Assembly: GCA_950097015.1 (NCBI GenBank)
Contig: CATNEN010000001.1
Span: forward strand, 8,742,001-8,806,000
Reading direction: 5' to 3'
DNA: 64,000 nt
Source of the DNA: Macrostomum hystrix
Lineage: Eukaryota; Animalia; Platyhelminthes
The notes under the pieces were generated by a model that saw only the letters and a program-made list of their open reading frames with translations, had not been told where the DNA came from and searched no databases. The position numbers and the translations under genes were made by a program. How positions within the stretch are numbered: position 1 is the first letter of the stretch; every line of letters starts with the position of its first letter. Positions 48,340-61,700 of the stretch are shown here, one piece after another.

Positions 48340-51300
48340 ATGTCCGCGCCAACAGTTTGGGAAAAACTGGCGCCAAATGTGCCGTGCAACTGCAGCAGTT
48401 TAGAGATCGGCCTATTCAAACAGGAGATCATTAGCCTGGTGAATATGAGCCAACAATGTATCGACGTGCTGCCATCGTGCAACTACAATCTTGGTAGTAA
48501 AGTTCTACTTGGCTTCATTCTGTCAATCATCGCCTGCGGCACCTTCTTTGGCAATGTGCTAGTCGTCATGGCAGTATTGCTAGTTAAGAAGCTACAGAAT
48601 CCATCCAACCTGCTAATTGTTAGCCTGGCATGCAGTGACCTGCTAGTCGGCCTATTAGTATTGCCGTTCGCCATCATCTACCAGTTGATGAATTATTTTC
48701 CATTTCCAGAGGAGGTCTGCAATTTTTGGACCTCATGCGATCTACTATTGTGTACTAGTAGCATTTTGAACCTGTGCGCCATCTCCATAGATCGCTATTT
48801 GGTGATTACAAAACCGTTTGAGTACGCCGTTAAACGAACACCTGCGAGGATGGGATTAATGATTGCCGCTGTTTGGTTACTAAGCGCTTGCATTAGTATT
48901 CCGCCTTTATTCTCCAGTTGGAAGAATAAATTCAACGAAGGTCACTGCGGTTATCCCACTAGCACCGAGTATCAGGTCTACGCGGTGTTTGTCGCTTTTT
49001 ATCTGCCTCTGATAATTATGCTAGTTCTGTATGGCAACATCTTTAAGCTGGCTAGAAAGATGGCCAAAGCGGACGAGAAGCAGAAGGTTGTACATCTTCG
49101 CCAGGAAGATAGGAACCTCATTGACGAACAATTGCCGCCAAATACTAACGGCGCGACGGCTGGCGCGAGGCCTTCTTTACAAAGCGGTGGCACCAGTCGT
49201 AGCGGCGGAGCCGCAGCGGCAGCCAAGAAGAAAAGCAGCAGCGATACTAAAGCTATCAAAACACTGGGCGTGATTATGGGCTGCTTCACCTTGTGCTGGC
49301 TGCCATTCTTCATTATGCAGGTGAGGACGCCTGACATCTACATCCGGGGTCGGCTCAATGAGACTCTTCCAGCACCCTTCCAGCACCTCTTCCCTGTCTC
49401 ATCGCTCCCTACTCAGTCCTATCTCCCAGTGCCTCGTAGTCATAAACTATAGATTGCGTCTAGTCTCTCCGTGTCTAGTCTCTCCCGTGTCTAGTCTCTC
49501 CCGTGTCTAGTCTCTCCCATGTCTAGTCTCTCCCGTGTCTTATCTCTCCTGTGTCTAGTCTCTCCCGTGTTTCATCTCTCCCGTGTCTAATCTCTCCCAT
49601 GTCTCATCTACCCCAGTGTCTCATTTCCCCAGTGTCTAATCTCTGCCGTGCCTAATTCTCTCCCGTGTCTCATCTCTCCCGTGTCTCATCTCTCCCGTGT
49701 CTCATCTCTCCCGTGTCTCATCTCTCCCGTGTCTCATCTCTCCCGTGTCTCATCTCTCCCGTGTCTCATCTCTCCCGTGTCTCATCTCTCCCGTGTCTCA
49801 TCTCTCCCGTGTCTCATCTCTCCCGTGTCTCATCTCTCCCGTGTCTCATCTCTCCCGTGTCTCATCTCTCCCGTGTCTCATCTCTCCCGTGTCTCATCTC
49901 TCCCGTGTCTCATCTCTCCCGTGTCTCATCTCTCCCGTGTCTCATCTCTCCCGTGTCTCATCTCTCCCGTGTCTCATCTCTCCCGTGTCTCATCTCTCCC
50001 GTGTCTCATCTCTCCCGTGTCTCATCTCTCCCGTGTCTCATCTCTCCCGTGTCTCATCTCTCCCGTGTCTCATCTCTCCCGTGTCTCATCTCTCCCGTGT
50101 CTCATCTCTCCCGTGTCTCATCTCTCCCGTGTCTCATCTCTCCCGTGTCTCATCTCTCCCGTGTATCTGTAGCGAACTATCTATAATAAGCTCACTACTA
50201 GTCTGAAACGCTCGTTATAAAAGCACGCCTGTCTGAACAGCCAAGCCAAAATTAGGCTGCTAACGGAACGTAAAATAATTAATCTCTAAGCCATTTTACT
50301 CATAGCTAGCTATTCGGTAGGATTTTAGCCAAACCAATCCCTTATATGGTCTGGCAATTTTCTACGAATCCTTTGTACCGTAGCTAGAATGTTGAGCAGT
50401 TCAGATTTGTATCTCAGTTTCAGCTAAGCTAAATCTACTCGTATAACTAAACAACTGCATTAGAACTAAAGCCAATTAGCCAGCTTAGTTAAGATGCAAT
50501 CAAATATTCGATTAGGCCTAGCTAATGATAATAATCCTTGTATGAAATTCCTTAATTAAAATATTCTTGCTTACATAAGAATGTGATTGTATTCCTAGAC
50601 GAGTTATTTTACAGATTCCAAGATTCCAAGATTCCAGGAATTTAAATAGATCCCAAGATTTTAGTCTGTTACTCATCCAGATTCCAAGATTTTAGTCTGC
50701 AACTCATCCAGATTCCAAGATTTTAGTCTGCAACTCATCCAGATCCCAAGATTTTGGTCTGTAACTCATCCAGATCCCAAGATTTTAGTCTGCAACTCAA
50801 CCAGATTCCAAGATTTTAGTCTGCAACTCATCCAGATTCCAAGATTTTAGTCTGCAACTCATCCAGATCCCAAGATTTTAGTCTGTAACTCATCCAGATC
50901 CCAAGATTTTAGTCTGCAACTCAACCAGATCCCAAGATTTTAGTCTGCAACTCAACCAGATCCCAAGATTTTAGTCTGCAACTCATCCAGATCCCAAGAT
51001 TTTAGTCTGCAACTCATCCAGATCCAAAGATTTTAGTCTGCAACCCAACCAGATCCAAAGATTTTAGTCTGCAACTCAACCAGATCCCAAGATTTTAGTC
51101 TGCAACTCAACCAGATCCAAAGATTTTAGTCTGTAACTCAACCAGATCCAAAGATTTTAGTCTGTAACCCAACCAGATTCCAAGATTTTAGTCTGTAATC
51201 CAACCAGATTCCAAGATTTTAGTCTGTAATCCAACCAGATTCCAAGATTTTAGTCTGTAATCCAACCAGATCCAAAGATTTTAGTCTGTAATCCAACCAG

Positions 51301-54300
51301 ATCCAAAGATTTTAGTCTGTAACTCAACCAGATCCAAAGATTTTAGTCTGTAACCCAACCAGATCCAAAGATTTTAGTCTGTAACTCAACCAGATCCCAA
51401 GATTTTAGTCTGCAACTCAACCAGATCCCAAGATTTTAGTCTGTAACTCAACCAGATCCCATGATTTTAGTCTGTAACTCATCCAGATCCAAAGATTTTA
51501 GTCTGTAATCCAACCAGATCCAAAGATTTTAGTCTGTAACGCAACCAGATCCCAAGATTTTAGTCTGTAACTCAACCAGATCCCAAGATTTTAGTCTGTA
51601 ACTCAACCAGATCCAAAGATTTTAGTCTGTAACCCAACCAGATCCAAAGATTTTAGTCTGTAACCCAACCAGATCCAAAGATTTTAGTCTGTAATCCAAC
51701 CAGATCCCAAAGATTTTAGTCTGTAATCCAACCAGATCCAAAGATTTTAGTCTGTAATCCAACCAGATCCAAAGATTTTAGTCTGTAATCCAACCAGATC
51801 CAAAGATTTTAGTCTGTAACCCAACCAGATCCAAAGATTTTAGTCTGTAACCCAACCAGATCCAAAGATTTTAGTCTGTAACCCAACCAGATCCCAAATA
51901 TTTTAGTCTGTAACCCAACCAGATCCAAAGATTTTAGTCTGTAATCCAACCAGATCCAAAGATTTTAGTCTGTAACCCAACCAGATCCAAAGATTTTATT
52001 CTGTAACCCAACCAGATCCAAAGATTTTAGTCTGTAACCCAACCAGATCCCAAATATTTTAGTCTGTAACCCAACCAGATCCAAAGATTTTAGTCTGTAA
52101 TCCAACCAGATCCAAAGATTTTAGTCTGTAACTCAACCAGATCCCAAGATTTTAGTCTGCAACTCAACCAGATCCCAAGATTTTAGTCTGTAACTCAACC
52201 AGATCCAAAGATTTTAGTCTGTAACCCAACCAGATCCAAAGATTTTAGTCTGTAACTCAACCAGATCCCAAGATTTTAGTCTGCAACTCAACCAGATCCC
52301 AAGATTTTAGTCTGTAACTCAACCAGATCCCATGATTTTAGTCTGTAACTCATCCAGATCCAAAGATTTTAGTCTGTAATCCAACCAGATCCAAAGATTT
52401 TAGTCTGTAACGCAACCAGATCCCAAGATTTTAGTCTGTAACTCAACCAGATCCCAAGATTTTAGTCTGTAACTCAACCAGATCCAAAGATTTTAGTCTG
52501 TAACCCAACCAGATCCAAAGATTTTAGTCTGTAACCCAACCAGATCCAAAGATTTTAGTCTGTAATCCAACCAGATCCCAAAGATTTTAGTCTGTAATCC
52601 AACCAGATCCAAAGATTTTAGTCTGTAATCCAACCAGATCCAAAGATTTTAGTCTGTAATCCAACCAGATCCAAAGATTTTAGTCTGTAACCCAACCAGA
52701 TCCAAAGATTTTAGTCTGTAACCCAACCAGATCCAAAGATTTTAGTCTGTAACCCAACCAGATCCCAAATATTTTAGTCTGTAACCCAACCAGATCCAAA
52801 GATTTTAGTCTGTAATCCAACCAGATCCAAAGATTTTAGTCTGTAACCCAACCAGATCCAAAGATTTTAGTCTGTAACCCAACCAGATCCAAAGATTTTA
52901 GTCTGTAACCCAACCAGATCCCAAATATTTTAGTCTGTAACCCAACCAGATCCAAAGATTTTAGTCTGTAACCCAACCAGATCCCAAGATTTTAGTCTGT
53001 AACCCAACCAGATCCCAAGATTTTAGTCTGTAATCCAACCAGATTCCAAGATTTTAGTCTGTAATCCAACCAGATTCCAAGATTTTAGTCTGTAATCCAA
53101 CCAGATTCCAAGATTTTAGTCTGTAATCCAACCAGATCCAAAGATTTTAGTCTGTAATCCAACCAGATCCAAAGATTTTAGTCTGTAACCCAACCAGATT
53201 CCAAGATTTTAGTCTGTAATCCAACCAGATTCCAAGATTTTAGTCTGTAATCCAACCAGATTCCAAGATTTTAGTCTGTAATCCAACCAGATCCAAAGAT
53301 TTTAGTCTGTAATCCAACCAGATCCAAAGATTTTATTCTGTACGTTGTTAGTCTGTCAATTAGTTAACATATACTGGAGCTACATGCATTTATCCACTCT
53401 TGCGCACTCACAATCTAGCTATACTCAACCATTTGAGTCCAGACTCAATATAGTCTCTCTAGCCCCAGTTCTAGCTGTATTGTCTGCTTTATTGTGCTCA
53501 AAAGCGAAGCACGTTCTCTATTTATCTATTTAGGCCATTTTGTAAGCCTCAACGTGTCTATCTGTACGCTTCATTATAACTAAAGTTGCAGTTAAATTCT
53601 TGCAGCTAAATTTAGCCTAAAATTAAGATCTTCAGACAACAATAGTTATACTATATAGCTTGTAGAGTTATAGCCGTAGCCAACATATAGCCTATGTATT
53701 TGATGGCAATGTTTATACAGGAATGTAACGCTGAAAAGTCATCACTTTACAATGGCTATAGCTATGACTTAGCTGTTTGACTGTCCATACACACACAAAA
53801 CACAAGCACACAAAAGAATTGGATATAGCTATACAACATTATGTATATTTCAAACGAAAATCGACCCCAGAAAAATTGCTGCACATGCGCAAAGCAACAA
53901 GAATTGACCGTTGTAGGCCTTGACGGTTTGTTAATCTAAAACTGTTGGAGTTTTGTAGTAATTAGCTTGCAGTGACAAAAATATCCCGATCCCAGATCCC
54001 GATCCCAGATCCCGATCCCAGATCCCGATCCCAGATCCCGATCCCAGATCCCGATCCCAGATCCCGATCCCAGATCCCGATCCCAGATCCCGATCCCAGA
54101 TCCCGATCCCAGATCCCGATCCCAGATCCCGATCCCAGATCCCGATCCCAGATCCCGATCCCAGATCCCGATCCCAGATCCCGATCCCAGATCCCGATCC
54201 CAGATCCCGATCCCAGATCCCGATCCCAGATCCCGATCCCAGATCCCGATCCCAGATCCCGATCCCAGATGCCGATCCCAGATCCCAGATCCCGATCCCA

Positions 54301-55080
54301 GATCCCGATCCCAGATCCCGATCCCAGATCCCGATCCCAGATCCCGATCCCAGATCCCGATCCCAGATCCCGATCCCAGATCCCGATCCCAGATCCCGAT
54401 CCCAGATCCCGATCCCAGATCCCGATCCCAGATCCCGATCCCAGATCCCGATCCCAGATCCCGATCCCAGATCCTAATATCACAGATCCCAATATCACAG
54501 ATCCCAATATCACAGATCCCAATATCACTGATCCCAATATCCCAGTTCCCAATATCACAGATCCCAATATCACAGATCCCAATATCACAGATCCCAATAT
54601 CACAGATCCCAATATCACAGATCCCAATATCACAGATCTTAATAACACAGATTCCAATATCACAGATCCCAATATCACAGATCCCAATATCCCAGTTCCC
54701 AATATCACAGATCCCAATATCCCATATCCCAATATCCCAGATCCCAATATCACAGATCCCAATTGTCACAGATCCCAATTGTCACAGATCCCAATTGTCA
54801 CAGATCCCAATTGTCACAGATCCCAATTGTCACAGATCCCAATTGTCACAGATCCCAATTGTCACAGATCCCAATGTCACAGATCCCAATATCACAGATC
54901 CCAATTGTCACAAATCCCAATGTCACAGTGATATATTATCAAGTCACTAACTAACTACATCCATCCATTTTCAGCTTGTGGCGGCACTTTACAAGCCAAT
55001 TCACGCGGCAGTCAATAAACTATCTGAACCTGAGCCAATGTACATCAATGAGCACATGTTTGCCGTATTCCTTTGGCTAG
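48340..55080 (+). CDS. Class A aminergic GPCR, serotonin receptor 5-HT7-like; 3'-partial
   Basis: Exon 48340-49320: in-frame stop just upstream of the ATG; GN in TM1, LACSD in TM2, TM3 DLLLCTSSILNLCAISIDRY with Asp3.32, TM5 YQVYAVFVAFYLPL, TM6 KTLGVIMGCFTLCWLPFF. Exon 54975-55080: LVAALYK...FAVFLWLG followed by GTAAG. The exon with the NPxxY motif was not found in the window. The subtype call rests on motif resemblance. Confidence 0.88.
49455..50165 (+). repeat. 16-bp minisatellite family (GTGTCTCATCTCTCCC), near-perfect core
   Basis: In GPCR intron 1; degenerate 5' edge (GTGTCTAGTCTCTCCC). Confidence 0.97.
50610..53342. repeat. 31-bp minisatellite (CCAGATCCAAAGATTTTAGTCTGTAACCCAA), ~87 copies
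   Basis: Direct periodicity. Confidence 0.97.
53984..54927. repeat. Compound array: 13-bp GATCCCAGATCCC, then 15-bp AATATCACAGATCCC, then 16-bp AATTGTCACAGATCCC
   Basis: Direct periodicity with unit transitions at about 54472 and 54760. Confidence 0.95.
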
Positions 55081-56317
55081 GTAAGAATTTTTTATAGTAC
55101 TGAATCTAGGAATTAGTTAAAGTTTACGCTTTTTTTGAGATTTCAAGGTTCAGTGATAATATATTTACTGATCCCATATGAGGAGATTTTAGGGTGTATA
55201 TTTTACACAGTTTCAAAGTTTTATCACATTTTGGGGATATTGTCTTGTGTAATCGCTAATGAGGATATTTTGGGATATTTTACACAAATTCAAAGTTTAT
55301 TTCATATTTGGATAATGGATTCACAGATCCAATAAAAAAAAATGGTGATATTTTTTAATAATTTTCGTTGAAAGATTCTAAATCGATAACATTTTGTAAA
55401 AATTGTCAGATCCTCAATATACGCCAGTAAAAGTGTAAGTTCCGGACTAACAGCCTACCCAGATCCCAAAGCTAATAAGTTTAAACTCAATCCCAAAACT
55501 AAGATAGCATACATGGGACTAATTTGTTGACTTCGTTTTTTAAATAGAAATTTCTAGTTTCTGCTACTGGGGTAAACACAGCGACATCACTTAGCTACTG
55601 TGTGCAAATTGAACACCTAGGTAGGTAGGCAGGTCACGAGAGTATGACAATATTATAGCTAGATAATTATCCACATAAAACACGGGTGAGCACGTTTTTG
55701 TCCACGCATTTTTTTACTAATCGTCAACGAGTTAGCTACCTGGGAAAAACTCTGTCTTCTGTAAACGTGATTAAAAGCAGAATCTGAAGCCACACAAGCA
55801 AATATTAAGGGTTGTGGATTCGTGTGTTTGCCATTCTGTTGCCATACACATTTTAGTTAGATTTATGCATTTTTTTGTTTCTGGGAAGCTAGTATTTTTT
55901 GTTAAACAACTGTCAACAAATTGCGTTCAAACAAATCCAGTATTTCCTGAGCTAGATAAAGTAATAAATTCTTATTTTAAAAAAGCTACTACAAGCAAGG
56001 CCAATGACTGGACTCTTTCGAGTGACTGAATCGTTTTTTAATCGTCTGTTCTGTTTACATATATGGCTAGCTAGATAGCTATAGAAAATTAAGGAATTAA
56101 GTGTACGTTGTTCCAAAAGCATGAGCCGGGACAGGATAAAGGTACACACAATGCTCCGAGTGTGCAGCTGGATGAATAGTTTACTAGCTTTACTTTTTGT
56201 AAGAAAATTGTGCGCGTTATAATTTTGTGTCAGATTCTTGAACTTGAATTTGATGAAGCGTAGAAACTGAATGATGGTGTGCAGGGGAATAAATGTGAGA
56301 TTTTTGGGATGAGGTCG

Positions 56318-58186
56318 AGTGGAAATGGGGAGAAGTAGAGTGGAAATGGGAAGAAGTAGAGTGGAGATAGGGAGAAGTAGAGTGCAAATGAGGAGAAGTA
56401 GAGTGGAGATAGGGAGAAGTAGTGTGGAGATGGGGAGAAGTAGACCGGAAATGGGGAGAAGTAGAGCGGAAATGGGGAGAAGTAGAGCGGAAATGGGGAG
56501 AAGTAGAGTGGAAATGGGGAGACGTAGAGTGGAAATGGGGAGACGTAGAGTGGAAATGGGGAGACGTAGAGTGGAAATGGGGAGACGTAGAGTGGAAATG
56601 GGGAGACGTAGAGTGGAAATGGGGAGAAGTAGAGTGGAGATGGAGGAAGTAGAGTGGAGATGGGGAGAAGTAGAGTGGAAATGGAAAGAAGTAGAGTGGA
56701 GATAAGAAGAAGTAGAGTGGAGATAAGAAGAATTAGAGTGGAGATAAGAATAATTAGAGTGGAGATAAGAAGAATTAGAGTGGAGATGATGAGAAGTAGA
56801 GTGGAGATAAGAAGAAGTAGAGTGGAGATAAGAAGAATTAGAGTGAAGATAAGAAGAATTAGAGTGGAGATAAGTAGAAGTAGAGTGGAGATAAGGAGAA
56901 GTAGAGTGGAGATAAGGAGAAGTAGAGTGGAGATAAGGAGAAGTAGAGTGGAGATAAGGAGAAGTAGAGTGGCGATAAGTAGAAGTAGAGTGGAGATAAG
57001 AAGAATTAGAGTGGAGATAAGGAGAAGTAGAGTGGAGATAAGGAGAAGTAGAGTGCAGATAAGAAGAATTAGAGTGGAGATAAGGAGAATTAGAGTGGAG
57101 ATAAGGAGAATTAGAGTGGCGATAAGGAGAATTAGAGTGGAGATAAGGAGAATTAGAGTGGAGATAAGGAGAAGTAGAGTGGAGATAAGAAGAATTAGAG
57201 TGGAGATAAGAAGAATTAGAGTGGAGATAAGGAGAATTAGAGTGGAGATAAGGAGAAGTAGAGTGGAGATAAGAAGAATTAGAGTGGAGATAAGAAGAAT
57301 TAGAGTGGAGATAAGGAGAATTAGAGTGGAGATAAGGAGAATTAGAGTGGAGATAAGGAGAAGTAGAGTGGAGATAAGAAGAATTAGAGTGGAGATAAGA
57401 AGAATTAGAGTGGAGATAAGGAGAAGTAGAGTGGAGATAAGAAGAAGTAGAGTGGAGATAAGAAGAATTAGAGTGGAGATAAGAAGAATTAGAGTGGAGA
57501 TAAGAAGAATTAGAGTGGAGATAAGGAGAAGTAGAGTGGAGATAAGAAGAAGTAGAGTGGAGATAAGAAGAATTAGAGTGGAGATAAGAAGAATTAGAGT
57601 GGAGATAAGAAGAATTAGAGTGGAGATAAGGAGAAGTAGAGTGGAGATAAGAAGAAGTAGAGTGGAGATAAGAAGAATTAGAGTGGAGATAAGGAGAAGT
57701 AGAGTGGAGATAAGAAGAAGTAGAGTGGAGATAAGAAGAATTAGAGTGGAGATAAGAAGAATTAGAGTGGAGATAAGAAGAATTAGAGTGGAGATAAGGA
57801 GAAGTAGAGTGGAGATAAGAAGAAGTAGAGTGGAGATAAGAAGAATTAGAGTGGAGATAAGAAGAATTAGAGTGGAGATAAGAAGAATTAGAGTGGAGAT
57901 AAGGAGAAGTAGAGTGGAGATAAGAAGAAGTAGAGTGGAGATAAGAAGAATTAGAGTGGAGATAAGAAGAATTAGAGTGGAGATAAGAAGAATTAGAGTG
58001 GAGATAAGGAGAATTAGAGTGGAGATGATGAGAAGTAGAGTGGAGATAATGAGAATTAGAGTGGAGATGATGAGAAGTAGAGTGGAGATAAGAAGAATTA
58101 GAGTGGAGATAAGAAGAAGTAGAGTGGAGATAAGAAGAATTAGAGTGGAGATGGCGAGAGTCAAAGTTCGTAGAGTGGAGATGGGG
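56318..58186. repeat. 21-bp purine-rich minisatellite (GAGTGGAGATAAGAAGAATTA)
   Basis: Direct periodicity with a variant gradient. Confidence 0.96.
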
Positions 58187-58724
58187 AATTTATGATTTCA
58201 TAATTTATTTTAAATTCGTAAATAAATCTTCATTAAACAAAGGTTTGGCTGTTGTAGATTACAAGGAAAAAGAACCGACTAGTTAAATTACTATTATTGA
58301 CAATAATCATACGAATACACTGGCAGAATAACGCTGGCAGACATTAGCACTAATATAGTTGACCAAAGGGCATATATTCTCATTGTACTGAATGAATTCA
58401 ATTTTATCGATTAGGTTTCAGCCTAGGCCCCTATCCATTGATGATATAATAGCTTTCTTCTGTACTGAAGCACGGCCTAAGTAAATGATATATTTTCCAG
58501 TTCATATCTTCGATTAAATTCGGAGAGACTACAAAAAGGAAAATTGAATTAATTTCCTATTTTCTAGCGCCCTGTTATTCGCATTATAAATCCTAAACTG
58601 CTCACTCGTTTTCATTTAATACAGTCTATTTAGCGTGTTTGAATAGCATGTTAGATAGTTGAGTTACCTTTTTATTATATTAGAGAAACTCATCATTCAG
58701 AACTGTAAAAAAATTATTAAGTCG

Positions 58725-61700
58725 ACATCTGTTAGACAAATTCGATATCTGTTAGACAGAACATGTTGCTGTTAGACAAAGTCGGTGGTTGTTAGACAAA
58801 GTCGGTAGTTGTTAGACAAAGTCGGTAGTTGTTAGACAAAGCGGTGGTTGTTAGACAAAGTCGGTGGTTATTAGACAAAGTCGGTGGTTGTTAGACAAAG
58901 TCGGTGGTTGTTAGACAGAGTCGGTGGTTGTTAGACAAAGTCGGTAGTTGTTAGACAAAGCGGTGGTTGTTAGACAAAGTCGGTGGTTGTTTGACAAAGT
59001 CGGTGATTGTTAGACAGAGTCGGTGGTTGTTAGACAAAGTCGGTAGTTGTTAGACAAAGCGGTGGTTGTTAGACAAAGTCGGTGGTTGTTAGACAAAGTC
59101 GGTGGTTGTTAGACAGAGTCGGTGGTTGTTAGACAAAGTCGGTGGTTGTTAGACAAAGTCGGTGGTTGTTAGACACAGTCGGTAGTTGTTAGACAAAGTC
59201 GGTGGTTGTTAGACAAAGTCGGTGGTTGTTTGACAAAGTCGGTGGTTGTTAGACAAAGTCGGTAGTTGTTTGACAAAGTCGGGGGTTGTTAGACAAAGTC
59301 GGTAGTTGTTAGACAAAGTCGGTAGTTGTTAGGACAAAGTCTGTGGTTGTTGGACAAAGTCGGTGGTTGTTAGACAAAGTAGGTAGTTGTTAGACAAAGT
59401 CGGTGGTTGTTTGACAAAGTCGGTGGTTGTTAGACAAAGTCGGTGGTTGTTTGACAAAGTCGGTGGTTGTTAGACACAGTCGGTGGTTGTTTGACAAAGT
59501 CGGTGGTTGTTAGACACAGTCGGTGGTTGTTTGACAAAGTCGGTGATTGTTAGACAAAGTCGGTGATTGTTAGACAAAGTCGGTGGTTGTTAGACAAAGT
59601 CGGTGGTTGTTAGACACAGTCGGTGGTTGTTAGACAAAGTCGGTGGTTGTTAGACAAAGTCGGTGGTTGTTAGACAAAGTCGGTGGTTGTTAGACAAAGT
59701 CGGTGGTTGTTAGACAAAGTCGGTGGTTGTTAGACAAAGTCGGTGGTTGTTAGACAAAGTCGGTGATTGTTAGACAAAGTCGTTAGTTGTTAGACAAAGT
59801 CGGTGGTTGTTTGACAAAGTCGGTGGTTGTTAGACAAAGTCGGTGGTTGTTAGACAAAGTCGGTGGTTGTTAGACACAGTCGGTGGTTGTTAGACAAAGT
59901 CGGTGGTTGTTAGACAAAGTAGGTAGTTGTTAGACAAAGTCGGTAGTTGTTAGACAAAGTCGGTGGTTGTTAGACAAAGTCGTTGGTTGTTAGACAAAGT
60001 CGGTGGTCGTTTGACAAAGTCGGTGATTGTTAGACAAAGTCGGTGATTGTTAGACAAAGTCGGTGGTTGTTAGACAAAGTCGGTGGTTGTTAGACACAGT
60101 CGGTGGTTGTTAGACAAAGTCGGTGGTTGTTAGACAAAGTAGGTAGTTGTTAGACAAAGTCGGTAGTTGTTAGACAAAGTCGGTGGTTGTTAGACAAAGT
60201 CGTTGGTTGTTAGACAAAGTCGGTGGTCGTTTGACAAAGTCGGTGATTGTTAGACAAAGTCGGTGGTTGTTACACAAAGTCGGTGATTGTTAGACAAAGT
60301 CGGTGGTTGTTAGACAAAGTCGGTGGTTGTTAGACAAAGTCGTTGGTTGTTAGACAAAGTCGGTGATTGTTAGACAAAGTCGGTAGTTGTTAGGACAGAG
60401 TCTGTGGTTGTTAGACAAAGTCGGTGGTCGTTTGACAAAGTCGGTGATTGTTAGACAAAGTCGGTGGTTGTTACACAAAGTCGGTGATTGTTAGACAAAG
60501 TCGGTAGTTGTTAGGACAGAGTCTGTGGTTGTTAGACAAAGTCGGTGGTTGTTAGACAAAGTCGGTGGTTGTTAGACAAAGTCGGTAGTTGTTAGACAAA
60601 GTCGGTGATTGTTAGACAAAGTCGGTGGTTGTTAGGACAGAGTCTGTGGTTGTTAGACAAAGTCTGTGGTTGTTAGACAAAGTCGGTGGTTGTTAGACAA
60701 AGTCGGTGGTTGTTAGACAAAGTCTGTGGTTGTTAGACAAAGTCGGTGGTTGTTAGACAAAGTCGGTGGTTGTTAGACAAAGTCGGTGGTTGTTAGACAA
60801 AGTCGGTGGTTGTTAGACAAAGTCGGTGATTGTTAGTCAAAGTCGGTGGTTGTTAGACAAAGTCGTTGGTTGTTAGACAAAGTCGGTGGTCGTTTGACAA
60901 AGTCGGTGATTGTTAGACAAAGTCGGTGGTTGTTACACAAAGTCGGTGATTGTTAGACAAAGTCGGTGGTTGTTAGACAAAGTCTGTGGTTGTTAGACAA
61001 AGTCGGTGGTTGTTAGACAAAGTCGGTGGTTGTTAGACAAAGTCGGTGGTTGTTAGACAAAGTCGGTGGTTGTTAGACAAAGTCGGTAGTTGTTAGACAA
61101 AGTCGGTGGTTGTTAGACAAAGTCGTTGGTTGTTAGACAAAGTCGGTGGTCGTTTGACAAAGTCGGTGATTGTTAGACAAAGTCGGTGATTGTTAGACAA
61201 AGTCGGTGGTTGTTAGACAAAGTCGGTGGTTGTTAGACACAGTCGGTGGTTGTTAAACACAGTCGGTGGTTGTTAGACAAAGTCGGTAGTTGTTAGACAA
61301 AGTCGGTGGTTGTTAGACAAAGTGGGTGATTGTTAGACAAAGTCGGTGGTTGTTAGACAAAGTCGGTGGTTGTTAGACAAAGTCGGTGGTTGTTAAACAC
61401 AGTCGGTGGTTGTTAGACAAAGTCGGTAGTTGTTAGACAAAGTCGGTGGTTGTTAGACAAAGTCGGTGGTTGTTAGACAAAGTCGGTAGTTGTTAGACAA
61501 AGTCGGTGGTTGTTAGACAAAGTCGGTGGTTGTTAGACAAAGTCGGTGGTTGTTAGACAAAGTCGGTGGTTGTTAGACAAAGTCGGTGGTTGTTAGACAA
61601 AGTCGGTGGTTGTTAGACAAAGTCGGTGGTTGTTTGACAAAGTCGGTGATTGTTAGACAAAGTCGGTAGTTGTTAGACAAAGTCGGTGGTTGTTAGACAA

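Noticed and set aside
49321-49452. GPCR ORF-track C-terminus VRTPDIY...
   Set aside because: Intron read-through past the CAG/GTGAGG donor; TM7 is encoded by the exon at 54975-55080.
796-55080. Functional 'neuronal/ion' gene cluster (K+ channel, ZIP, TRP, 5-HT receptor)
   Set aside because: Unrelated families in mixed orientation; adjacency alone is not evidence of co-regulation without synteny or expression data.
56230-58195. Long ORFs on both strands (LISTLIL / RVEIRRI repeats)
   Set aside because: Artefact of a 21-bp repeat inside a presumed intron.
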